DNA of 64,000 bases from Eledone cirrhosa (Eukaryota): positions 82,708,001-82,772,000 of the forward strand of contig OZ024744.1 of NCBI GenBank assembly GCA_964016885.1, given 5' to 3'. A program made the translations under genes and the position numbers. The first letter of the stretch is position 1. Each line of letters starts with the position of its first letter. The notes beneath the pieces are model-generated. The model was not told the origin of the DNA, ran no database searches, and was given only the letters and a program-made list of their open reading frames with translations. Below, in pieces: positions 40,901-52,754 of this stretch.

Positions 40901-40926
40901 ATTAGAGAAATAACGTATATGTATAT

Positions 40927-41039
<113 letters not shown>

Positions 41040-41042
41040 TAC

Positions 41043-41075
<33 letters not shown>

Positions 41076-41180
41076 TATATATATATATATATATATATGA
41101 GTCCCAGGTTCGATCGGGGTTAACCACAGTAAGTAAGGTACTCAATACATTAGTAGAGTATATACAACAAATTTAATATA

Positions 41181-41229
41181 TCTTCTACATGACTAGAGCT
41201 GTTTCATTAGAAGGAAATCATCAGGAAAA
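41181..41229 (-). ncRNA. Type-I hammerhead ribozyme
   Basis: Minus strand TTTTC CTGATGA TTTCCTTCTAAT GAAA CAGCTCTAGTCATG TA GAAGA; the insert 41100-41235 lies between (TA)n tracts. Confidence 0.75.
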
Positions 41230-41234
41230 CCCTG

Positions 41235-41284
<50 letters not shown>

Positions 41285-41290
<6 letters not shown>

Positions 41291-41940
41291 TATGAAGAGA
41301 GAAGAAACATTTAGATATAATTAGTAATAAAATGTATCATACCTAAACTGCTCCTAAATTCCTCGACTACGTAGTTTCGTGGCATAAACAAAAACAATAT
41401 ATCATAAAGACATAGAGTCCTTGCGAGGTCTGCCGACTTATCAAGAGGATACCTCATTTTACTAGTCTCAAGAACGCGTCTACACGACGTGAGAAAGAAT
41501 CCCAAAAGGCGGAGGGGGAGATAGTCACGCGATATAACGGTCGAGAAACAGAGCTAAGCCTCTTATAACCCCGAAGAAAATACCACGGAGGCGGAGGGGG
41601 TATTTATATCGAGGCCGTAGAAGAGGTGGTGAAGAAGGCGAGAAGTATGAGTAATGGAAGCTTTCCAGCTGTCCCCACACTTCAAAGATTGCTCGACCAG
41701 AGGGAGTTATTAACAATATATTTAGAAACACACGAAACTACGTAGTCGAGGAATTTAGGAGCAGTTTAGGTATGATACATTTTATTACTAATTATATCTA
41801 AATGTTTCTTCTCTCTTCATAATGTATTTTTAACCCTGATACTGGTTCAGTCTAGTTCAACTGAATTGGTCTGTCCCAGTCATTCATTGAGCAACATCGG
41901 TGAAGTTGGCACCCTTAACTCACAGTTGGGTGCGGATGCA
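41285..41940. mobile_element. Penelope-like insert with 97-bp inverted repeats (41285-41381 / 41731-41827)
   Basis: Perfect inverted repeat around a ~350-bp spacer; arms contain CAC GAAA CTACGTAG TC GAGGA. Confidence 0.75.
41360..41449 (-). ncRNA. Type-I hammerhead with decayed core (TTGATAA) and palindromic stem III
   Basis: Minus strand TCCTC TTGATAA GTCGGCA...TGCCAC GAAA CTACGTAG TC GAGGA. Confidence 0.7.
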
Positions 41941-41982
41941 TTCATGTATATATGTGTGTGTCCGCATGTATCTGTGTGTTTC

Positions 41983-42065
<83 letters not shown>

Positions 42066-42149
42066 TTAATACAATAACAGAGATAGTTTAAAGCTAAACT
42101 CTGACTGGTAACCATCTCACTCAACAAACATTAGGTTATATTAAAATAT

Positions 42150-42720
42150 AAACCCAATTTAAGTGTTTGGGGTGCTAACGATATGTATAATGTGGAAAAA
42201 CCAGTTGTATTATTTTATGAGATATAATTAAAGTTAAAGTATATCTCTCTTTCCAAACAATTGTTTCATTATAAGTTTTCTACAAGTTTGGGAGAATGTT
42301 TCCTGTTTATGTAGAAGCCTAATATATATTCATGTAAGAATATATTTAGGTGGGCACTTATAAATCGTCAGTGGAAGCCCATTAAACATTGATATAAGAA
42401 AACAATTTCTTACCGCTGTCAAAAATCATGTATATATATATATATATATTTTTGCTGTAGGGAGTAAACCTTTTCAACTATTCTATCTTACAGACAAAAT
42501 TATAAAAGAATATTCTTATGCTAGGGTTTTAGAGATTTTTGTCTTATCGGGGAATAATTACTCCTATGATTCCGCGTTTGAAAGAACTGTGTTATAGCAA
42601 CGTTATATATGTCTCTGATGAGTCCACATGTATCACTGAAATGTAAAATTACGTAAGTTATGGTTTGCAACTCATTAAAATATTGTACATGAAAACAGAA
42701 CTAGCTAGAAAAAACATAAG
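42150..42720 (+). mobile_element. Degenerate Penelope-like 3' end: GIY-YIG-like remnant followed by a hammerhead core
   Basis: CGKTSCII.DII, SCLCRSLIY...YLG, TAVKNH, ARVLE resemble the Cys linker and GIY-YIG of Neptune-type PLEs; CTGATGAGTCC at 42615. Highly decayed. Confidence 0.45.
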
Positions 42721-42730
42721 ATGAAAATAA

Positions 42731-42922
42731 GGCGGTGGATTGGCAGTATCGGTAGAGCGTCAGACACCATGCTTCGCAGCATAGAGTTATGGCTCTTTAC
42801 GTTCTGAGTTCAAATCCTTCCATGGTTAGCTTTGCTTTTCATTCTTACAGGGTCGATAAAACAAAACACCAGTAATGCACTGGGATAATTGTTGGCTTTG
42901 AGCCCAAAATAGAAACAATTAT
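42731..42922 (+). mobile_element. SINE family 1 copy
   Basis: Head GGCGGTGGATTGGCAGTATCGGTAGAG, B-box, core and tail. Confidence 0.88.
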
Positions 42923-43359
42923 TAGAAAATAATACAATTCTATATAGAATTAGTTTGTATGCTTTTACTAGTAGCAAAAATATAAATATGAAATCTACAC
43001 ATAGATACAACATATGAGAAATTATCTACGGAAACGGCCAGCCCAACACCATTCAAATATTTATATCCAGTGTTGAACATTTATATTGCACGCCCATGAT
43101 GTTCTGTGACCAGTGCAAAGCACGCGAGTAATACCACACTGCTTCAATAATTTTTATTTTGCGGATGAAGCTGTGAAGATCTTCAAAGGTAATTATTTAG
43201 GATTTAGGGACGCTATTGTTTCAAAACAAAAGAAAGCTAAAAAGGAAATATGAAAAATGTTTAAGAAGAAAATATGGAACGTTCGCGTTTTTAATATAAA
43301 ACGCACACGCACATATTGAATTTTATAAATATATGTGTGTGTATATATATGTATATATT

Positions 43360-43640
<281 letters not shown>

Positions 43641-45364
43641 TAAAATATATAATAAGAAATAAATGTACAGTTAGATAGAAATACAGGCATATTCATGTTG
43701 ATAGATAATTGACAGACAGACTGATAGATAGATAGATAGATATATAGATGGATAGGTAAATAGATAGATAGATAGATAGGCAGACAGATGGATGGTTGGA
43801 TGGAAGTTTTAATACGCGTACATAAGCATTTATATGCGACGATATACGCGTACACATATATATATATATGTCCATTAAAATTAATTTGCTGAGTATATAT
43901 TTATGCATACATATTTATTGGTAGCTATATACATATACGTGCTTACAAGCATAAATGCATACATATGCATATAAAAACACATACTTGCATATATATATAT
44001 ATATATACATACAGGCAGACAATATATATATATATATATATATATACATACAGGCAGACAATACACTCACACGCACTTACACATCTATGTGTGTATAGGT
44101 CTCTGTGTACACATTTCAAGTCGACATTTGAGTAGCTATTTTCTTCGTTCCACTATTTATTTATTGTACTTCTCCCCTTGAACATGCTAGCGCATATGTC
44201 GAGTTGGGTGAACACAATACGTTTCTTGGTTTATTGTCAGACAGATGGGATCAGTTGCTGACAAGTATCTTACATCAACCAAAGCCTCTGGATGTAATCA
44301 GTAAAGCCTAACAGATCTGAGATTAAAAACAAGCAAAAGACAAAATGAAAAGAAAAAAAAAAAAGAAAAGGCCGGTAGATTTGTTTGCTCAACATCATCC
44401 GAGCAATCTAAAGCGTACAACCGTATATTTCCTACGGAAATCCTTCTACTATCCCTGAGCATTTATAGGGACAATCTTAAATTACTTGAACAAACGACGC
44501 CATTATTTTAGCAAACTCGCAACCTTCTCGAGAACAGGTGCGATTTGTTTGCCGGGGTTCAAAAGAACAATTTTGCTCGTGTCGCGGTCAAATATTGGAA
44601 TTGTACTCGCAGTCAGTTTCTATCCAATTCCTGCTTTAATATTCATATCGTCTTAATACGTTTGCTTTCTTCTCAATGCCAACATTTGAATGCGTAGGGC
44701 GACGACAGCAGACAGCATGCTATCCACTCGACTCGAGTCGACACGAAAGGGAAGAAGAAAAAAAAAAAGCGTGTAAGCGCTTCTCGTTAATGAACTTGAT
44801 GGCCAAGTAGCAGCAGAGTTCTAAGACCTGCCTAAGAGATGTACTACTTGGTAAAAACCACAAAGTCAATTTGTGTAAACATGCAAATGCTGCCCACATT
44901 CTTCTTGTTTGTAATTGGCTTAAAAATAAAACAACAAACAAATCGTATGCGCACACACGTATACACACAGAAATATACAGCAACACACATATACACATAT
45001 ACTCACTTACATACACATACAAACAAATACACACAAATACACACATACACACACAGAATAATATACAGAAATATATAATGGAACACACATACAATTTGGA
45101 ATACACACATACATATAGAAACATAAGACGTATATAGAAGCATACACACAGATATTTAGAAACACACACACGCACGCACACATACACACATTCACAGACA
45201 CACAACCACATACACACACACACACACATAGGAACACACACATCCATATAGGAATACACACGCATTCATATAGTACCACATGCATTCTTATATTAACTCA
45301 TACATACATTAAAGAACAAACACACACACACACGCACACACACACACTCACACACTCACACACT

Positions 45365-45400
<36 letters not shown>

Positions 45401-45734
45401 GTAACACACGCATTCATATAGAAATGTACGTATATAAAGTAACGGACTCAAATATGTAGGAACACATATATACATATAGAAACACACACACAGATAGATA
45501 TAGGAACATAGGAATATATATATAAATGCATGTCGAAACATACACACATACATATATATATGAACATAAGCACATACATATAGGATGCATATATATATAT
45601 ACGCATATATACACATATGGATAGATACAAACACAGCCCACACATAGGCAGAAAGGAATATTCGAATACATACATATAACATACATAATTACACACACAC
45701 ACACACACACACACAGATATATATAAACATATAC

Positions 45735-45839
<105 letters not shown>

Positions 45840-46043
45840 GAAAAATAAAAATAAAAGTAAAATAAATACATCTTCAGTTATAAAGAATTCCGAATGACAA
45901 ATATTAGCGAACGGCGATGGTGTTAGTGTGTGGAGGAGGTGTGTGGTGGCGGTGATGTGCTGGTGGGAGTTTTTTGTTGGTCTGTGAGAAGTGGGGCGTG
46001 ACCTTAGCGGGAACAGTAATTGTAACTCAAGATTTCATTATAC

Positions 46044-46171
46044 TAAAATAAAAAATAAAATAAAATAAAATAAAATAAAATAAAATAAAATAAAATAAAA
46101 TAAAATAAAATAAAATAAAATAAAATAAAATAAAATAAAATAAAATAAAATAAAATAAAATAAAATAAAAT
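46044..46171. repeat. (TAAAA)n pentanucleotide repeat
   Basis: About 25 units. Confidence 0.97.
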
Positions 46172-46199
46172 GAAATCGGTAATAAAATAGATAAAATGC

Positions 46200-49100
46200 A
46201 ATAATTCTTTCTTTATTGGCCACAAGGGCCAGCATATGTACAACAATACAAAAGAACGGAGACAGTAAGGATTTAAATAAAACGTGCAGAAAAAAAATAA
46301 CATGTAACGATAGGATAAAGGGTAAGGGTAAAGACCCCCTTCGGTTACAAATGACCATGTGATTTGCACCTAGAAAGTTCCCCTCCGAGGTACAAATCCG
46401 GGCAAGGTTGTTTGTAGAAAATCAGTAGTTGCACATGCATATCAGTCTCCCTTCTCCACATCACCGATGTTGTCTAAGGGAAAGGCTGTGGCCGATACAA
46501 CTTGGCCCCAGTGATGTCACGACTTATATCTACAACTGAGTGAAATGCAGTAATGTGAAATAAAGTGTCTTGCTCAAGGACACAAATCAAAGCTCGGTCC
46601 GAGAATCGAACTCACAACCTCACGCCAGATGCTCTAACCACTAAGCCATGCGCCTTCACAAGTAACAATAAATAACACATTAATAAAAATACAACTCCCC
46701 AATAAGAGGAAGTATCACCCAGGGGAAACTTAGAAACCCCTCGCATATTAAACAACACTAAACTCCAAAAGCACCATGGGAATATGCCTCCCCCCCCCCT
46801 AAATTCTTCAGTCTACAGGCACATGATCTGAATAGGCGCATTCACTCTGGCCATTCTCGCTACATCCGAACGGTTCCGATATGTGGCCTTTTATTTAACC
46901 ACCGAGCACTGGACCGAATCCGGCTGCTTTAAGGACAACCTTCATGTATGGATGCCTGACTGTATCGAAAGCTTTCAAATGATCTAAACTGATCAGAACT
47001 TTACAAAAGCAAGGTTGAATATCTACTCTCTTTATGATGTATTACATGGGGTGGAGTTTGTCGTTCATAAACATGGTTGGGATTGCACACATTTTGGACC
47101 TCTCCTACGAGATGCTTGACGACAAGCGCCAGCCTCGTTGCTAGCACCTTGACCAAATTATTAAACTTTGTGTCGAGCAGAGCTATGGACTGGAAACCAT
47201 CTATAATGTCCCCTTTTTCTCGTTTTCTTTACCGCCATTACGGCGCCCCTGGGAATACTCATATTCTGCTGTTAATCACAGAAGACAGTTTCGAGAACAT
47301 CGGACAAGAACATTAGCATGTTTATGTAAACCCCATAGGGTAGAACATCAAAACCGGGCAATTTGTGCATCGTACAACCGGGCAGAGCTTCCTGTATCTC
47401 CGTAAATGTAACTGGTTTTTCGCAGTATCCGGCATCAGTCACCGATTCTCGCAGCCCCCGTTGAGTTAGGAACAGTAGTCGACTACTGTCACTCACTCCC
47501 ACCCTGCTTTCCCTGAAAAGTCGCACACATCTGTTTGGAATCAAGCTGCAAGCACCCGTCTCGGTTCGTAAAAAACGGGATTGTGGCTTTGTTCCCACGA
47601 TGCGCTTTTGCCACTCGGGCCCACTGAACACCTTTTGTTCACTCGTTTCTTGTAGCATGTACCTTAGCTTTCACAATGCATCCTTTACTCTTCAAAATGG
47701 TGTCATTCTACAACTAGCACGGTGGGTGCGATGCCACCCTCAATCGACTCTTCTAATTTTCTTATTAATGCCCTCTCCTATCTATTTTTTCCTTTCATTA
47801 CTTCTTTACTAAATGCTATCGATTCATCTCGAATGTCTCTCTTGAGGGCGCCCCACCATCTGTTGCTGACCCACCCCTATATCAACTGGTGGTTAACTAA
47901 TTTGCTAATCTGGTCCCTGTAGGCTTTACGGGCCGAGACTGATGCATTTATCTTCCAGTAACCAGGTCCCAGTCTACGTGTTCTATCTAGGTCGCCCATG
48001 CCGATCACAAATTTGTGGTCTGAATGGGCGACCAGTTGAAATTCTGGACACCCTATGTTATACTTATTTTGTAACGTAATCAAATACTTATCTAAATTCA
48101 ATCTAGATGACCCTATTCGATTTGTCCGGGTCGTCATAGCACATTCGGAAAATTCAGTCAGTATCTGTCAGTTGGAACTGCCTTATCAAGTTCTTGAGTA
48201 TTTTTCACCACCACTCCTCTTCAATTGGCTACCCTCACACATTCCCAGCATGCATCCATGATGCCGTTGCAGTCCGCCGTTAACAGAAAGAGCGAGATGT
48301 TCCAAGAAAGGCTTCCAGGCGCCTAAAGAACTCCGGCCATCAGACCTTAGTCGGGACGTAAAAAGCCAGCAATCTAAAACGCACCATATTCGCTACTGTT
48401 CACATTCATGTCCAACAACTTCCCGGTCGGATCCAAGAAGATTTCCCTACCTCGTGATGGAAATCCTGGTCTCACTGACGGCTGGATCCACCAGATGTCT
48501 AATTCTGGCGGGAACCCAGCAATTCAGACCTTCACCGTGCTTCTTCATATGTAGGAGGGGACCATCATGAATTGGTTCATTTTCTAGGGGACGATAGAGC
48601 ATTTATTTACAAGAGCCTCGCCTTTCAAGAGCACTGAGATACTCTTAAACAACTTGGCCCTTGTAAGGTGTTTTATGTCCAGCCTCAAGCACTTCAGAAT
48701 TGCCTCTGTGTGGGGACAGGTATATTTTTCACACACAGCTAACACCACAGGCGTTATACATGACCCAGGTTTTCTCAACTATTACAAGTTTGGATACCTG
48801 AACCGAAATTCCTCCCTCCTGATTAAGTCTATATGGAAGAGTTTCGTAGTTTCGCTGCGAATGTATTGCTGTTGTCGTTGCTGTTGATGCTAATTTTGTT
48901 GTTGATGTCGTTGTTGCTGCTGTTGTTGTTGTTATTGCTACTGCCTCTGCTGTGGCTGTCGTTGTCGGTGACAGTGGTTTTGTTGGCTACAGTAATGGTG
49001 TCTCTGACGCTATTGTCAACTTCTAAACTAAAGTTCGAGGCACTATCACGTGACATGATTTTGTTTTGCTGTTTTGGCTGGATTGAAAAGAGGGTGTCGC

Positions 49101-49250
49101 ATCTATTTTTAAAATAAATTTTGTGGGCGTAAATTCAAATAGTAAAGTTAAAATATTTAGGCCAAATACCCAAATATTATAGGGTCTTCCTACCCGAGGG
49201 CTAATATTGATGTCTTATTTTCTCTTTGTATCAAACATTTTGAACCAAAC
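46200..49250 (-). mobile_element. Old, heavily deleted Tx1 copy
   Basis: 3' GCTGGCCCTTGTGGCCAATAAAGAAAGAATTAT; RT, EN (HSDHKFV, GPGYWKINAS) and Asn-rich ORF1 remnants. Confidence 0.8.
46372..46660 (-). mobile_element. tRNA-derived SINE (family 2) inserted in the Tx1 3'UTR
   Basis: A box TGGCTTAGTGG, B box GAGTTCGATTC, then GTGTCCTTGAGCAAGACACTTTA (CORE/V-type domain). Boundaries approximate. Confidence 0.75.
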
Positions 49251-49296
49251 AACGATTTAAATATGTGAAGACAACAAACTTATGTTTGCACAAAGC

Positions 49297-49660
49297 AATA
49301 ATAATTGTTTCTAATTTTGACACACGGCCAGCAATTACCCCAGTGCATTACTGGTAGTTTATTTTATCGACCCAGTAAGGATGAAAGGCAAAGTTAACCT
49401 CGGCTGGATTTGAACTCAGACCGTAAAGGGCCGTAACTCTATGCTGCAAAGCATGGCGTCCGACCCTCTACCGATACTGGCAATCCACCAGCAATAATAA
49501 TTGTTTCTACATTTGGAACAAGGCCAGCAATTACCCAGTGCATTACTGGTACTTTATTTTATCGACCCCGTAAGGATGAAAGGCAAAATTAACCTCGACG
49601 GGATTTGAACTCAGACCGTAAAGGGACATAACTGTGCTGGAAAGCATGGCGTCTGACCCT
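49297..49660 (-). mobile_element. Two tandem SINE family 1 copies
   Basis: 49297-49489 and 49493-49660; each ends in (TTA)n on its sense strand. Confidence 0.9.
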
Positions 49661-49764
49661 GCACCAGTAATGCACAGGTGTCAATTTAATCGACTTCCCT
49701 CCCAACACACACACAAAAACTGTTGATCTTGGGCCTAAATCACAAAGAATTATTACTGTTTATG

Positions 49765-52750
49765 TTTAGTTGCCACGAAGGCCAACGAAAAGGGGACAAT
49801 ACAATAGACAGGGACAGTGTGTGTGTGGGGGGTGGGGGTTACACTGAAATCAAGTAGAAACAAATTAACAAACATATAACAATGAACAAGAGAATCACGA
49901 CAATGAAACTTTCCCAGTACAGGGGAGGACCTGTCAGGTGTGACATAGGAACTCCAGATTTCCTAAACCACTCGACGCTCAATGAGTACCCTAGGAAGAC
50001 GCCCATCTCCTCTCTAAATCACCCAACCTACAGGCGCATGCTCAGAGTTGACAATGGCCATTCTCGCTACATTCACCCACCTTTTTCCAAATGTGCATAG
50101 GGGGGGGTAGCACTTGTCGATCCACCTTCACCTTCCTTTTCAAGTGAAACTTGTAAAAGGTAATGAAGAGAAAAGTGCCTGTCGTCAATCCTTTCACCCT
50201 GGTCCGCCACATAACCTCTTTCGATACGGCCACCAGACAGAGGAAAACTGCTTATCCTTCCCGGCCCAAAGAAATCAGTGGGGCAATCTTCATTATGGAG
50301 TCCTACACGCGACTACAGCCGCTCCACATCACGCCACAATTCAGTAATGCACGGACAGTGGACGAGTGCGGGCAGAATGGTTTTGCCGCAGATCCTTCTG
50401 ACAGCATATCCGTGCCTGTGCAGTTTAACTTGATTCGGTAGTGCCCCCCCCCCCCGATAACACTTCCAACCGAGGGAGTTTTGGAAATTATCCATAATTC
50501 CCGGATCAAAATCCTCCGGAACAGATTGGTCAGTTCAATTTCACGACGCCCTATCCCTCTCTACGAGCATCTTCGCACTTGCCCACAAGTCACGACGGAC
50601 AGTCGGTATTAGATGACGGGTGCGATGTACGCGTTCAACACTTCTATCTAACTTTCAGGGATAACTTCTTATATGCCCATTTCTGTGTGTGAATGTCAAC
50701 GCTGTTCGTTACCTCGCCCCAATTTAACTGCTCTGTCCGTCCAGCGCCCCACAACACTTTTGGACGACATGGATGTGCCTCTTCAGGTACCGTGCTGTAG
50801 GTTCACCCGACTTTTCCTGGTTAATTTTGGCTCCTCGTATCGCTTCGTATTCCCCGAAAGCAATATGCTTGCTGCTCGACACCACTATGATAGCGTCGAC
50901 GGCATATGTTGACATGGATTTCCCCCACTCTCGTTCATGGGGGATGCCACTCAATGTTTCCAATTTGTGCAGTAGTGTCCATATCTGTTTGGGTCTTTTT
51001 TGGAAATCCTATTAGAAGTCTACTAGTGGCTTTGACACTCGGGGTTCCGAAGTGATGAAGGAAGCATCCCGTTGAAAATGTGTATGTTTCTAGTGGTACT
51101 CTAATTATTTTTTGAGGGGAGGGAGGTTGTAGCACTGCCACAATGCTGAAACTGAAGCTCTCCTCGGTTTCTGTTATTTTTGCCTTTATCTCTGAGAGAC
51201 ATAAGTTTTTTTATTTGATTGCACTACCACGAAGGTTGGTGTGTGTGGTCAGTTGCTGCTAATTTGGTTAGTCGTGGATGTGGTAGTGTTGTTTTTGTAG
51301 TTGGTGGTGTTTGGTGGATCTTGTGTTGCAGCGGATGTGTCAGTGTTTAGTATGTGTGTGTTTATTACATTATCTGGAGTGATACAGGATTTTTGTTTTA
51401 AACATGTTTCTGTCTCTTTTTTGTTTGATCTGTTTTGGGGGTTTCCACTCTTCTTTACTGTTGAAGAAGGGGTTCCGTTGTCAGAAGGTTTGTGTCCATG
51501 TGTATTTGAAAGAGAGGAAAAGGTAGAGCAGAGCTTGGAGGCCCCCTAGGTGTGTTAGCTGATACTCTCTGTTCCTGGTGCTCCTTTCGATTGCATTGGT
51601 GATGACTCTCTCTCGGGTGTTGTTATTACTTTCGCTGCTGCTGTTGGTGACTTTGAAGTTGTCATTGTGGTTATTCACATTTGGTGCTGTTGCTGTTGTT
51701 GATGGGACCATGATATAGGAAGCAATCGCCCTCTGTGGTTCCTTGCTATCTTTTGTTAAGGGCAGATAGCTCTTAGGTGGATACTTTCGCTACGCAGATG
51801 ACATCGAGGCTTTTTGTCCTCGACGACACCATATAAGTTAATATCATCCGGAAGGCTAATTAGGCCCGGGATCTTGTCCATATCCGATTTAATGTGAAGA
51901 AATATCTGCAAACTGATCCTTGACCAGTTATCCCTCCGAGTTCTTTTTACCTCCAGGAAGTTTTCGCTATCTTCCAGGCCAACTCATGCCAGGATCCACA
52001 AGGTGTCTAATTCTGGCGGGATTTCGGAAATGCGGATCTTGACTGTCTTTCTTCCTAAATAGCTCGGGAACAATATGTATTGTTCCGTTTTGCCAGGGAC
52101 CACAGAGGGCTTTAGGACAAAGGCTTCATTCTTGAAGAGCATGGCGATACTTCCAAATTGTTTGGCTCTTGCGACATGTTGGATGTTTTACATGGTTTCC
52201 TTCAAAGCTGTTTCCACATATGCTACAGGCACAAGTTCCGTTTTTTTTGTTTGTTTTATTATATAGCAATACATCTATAAATCAATGTTTTCTTCTCTAC
52301 GTAGCTGCCAACACCTCGGGAAGAACGCCTACGTTAGGCCAGGTCTTTTCCATTGTTACTAATTTTGCGGCATGCTTTAAACAGATTTCTTTTTCGGTTG
52401 TGTTTATGTGGAAGAGTTCTGTGTTTTGGCTGCAGTTGCTTCGACAGTATTGTTGTTATTGTTCTGGATGATGTTGTTGTTCTTCGAGTTGTTGTTTTTC
52501 ATATGGTTGTTGCTGTTTGCATTGTTGTAACTATTCTTATTGTTATTCTTGTTATTTTCCGTTGTTTTAGTGGTAGTGGTAGTGGCACTAGTGTTGTTAT
52601 TGTTACCGTCGTAATTAGCTCCGTTTTTTTCTTAAATATATCTGTGGAGAAGAAGAGTAGTGGGCACAATGCCGCACTCTTTCAGAAGTGAAAGATTGAT
52701 GTGTTTTACAGTTGTTTGGTTCTTACATTCTTATATTCTTACATTCTGGT
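49765..52750 (-). mobile_element. Old degenerate Tx1 copy (ORF1 remnant plus 3' ORF2 and UTR)
   Basis: VSKEVMWRTRVKG, MDNFQNSLGWKCYRG, decayed knuckle PRCHLRSESIHLRAICP at ~51760-51810. Confidence 0.75.
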
Positions 52751-52754
52751 TGAT

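Noticed and set aside
41285-41827. MITE/DNA transposon with 97-bp TIRs
   Set aside because: The arms contain hammerhead halves, the left arm continues into a full ribozyme fold, and the layout matches the other fold-back inserts better than a TIR element.
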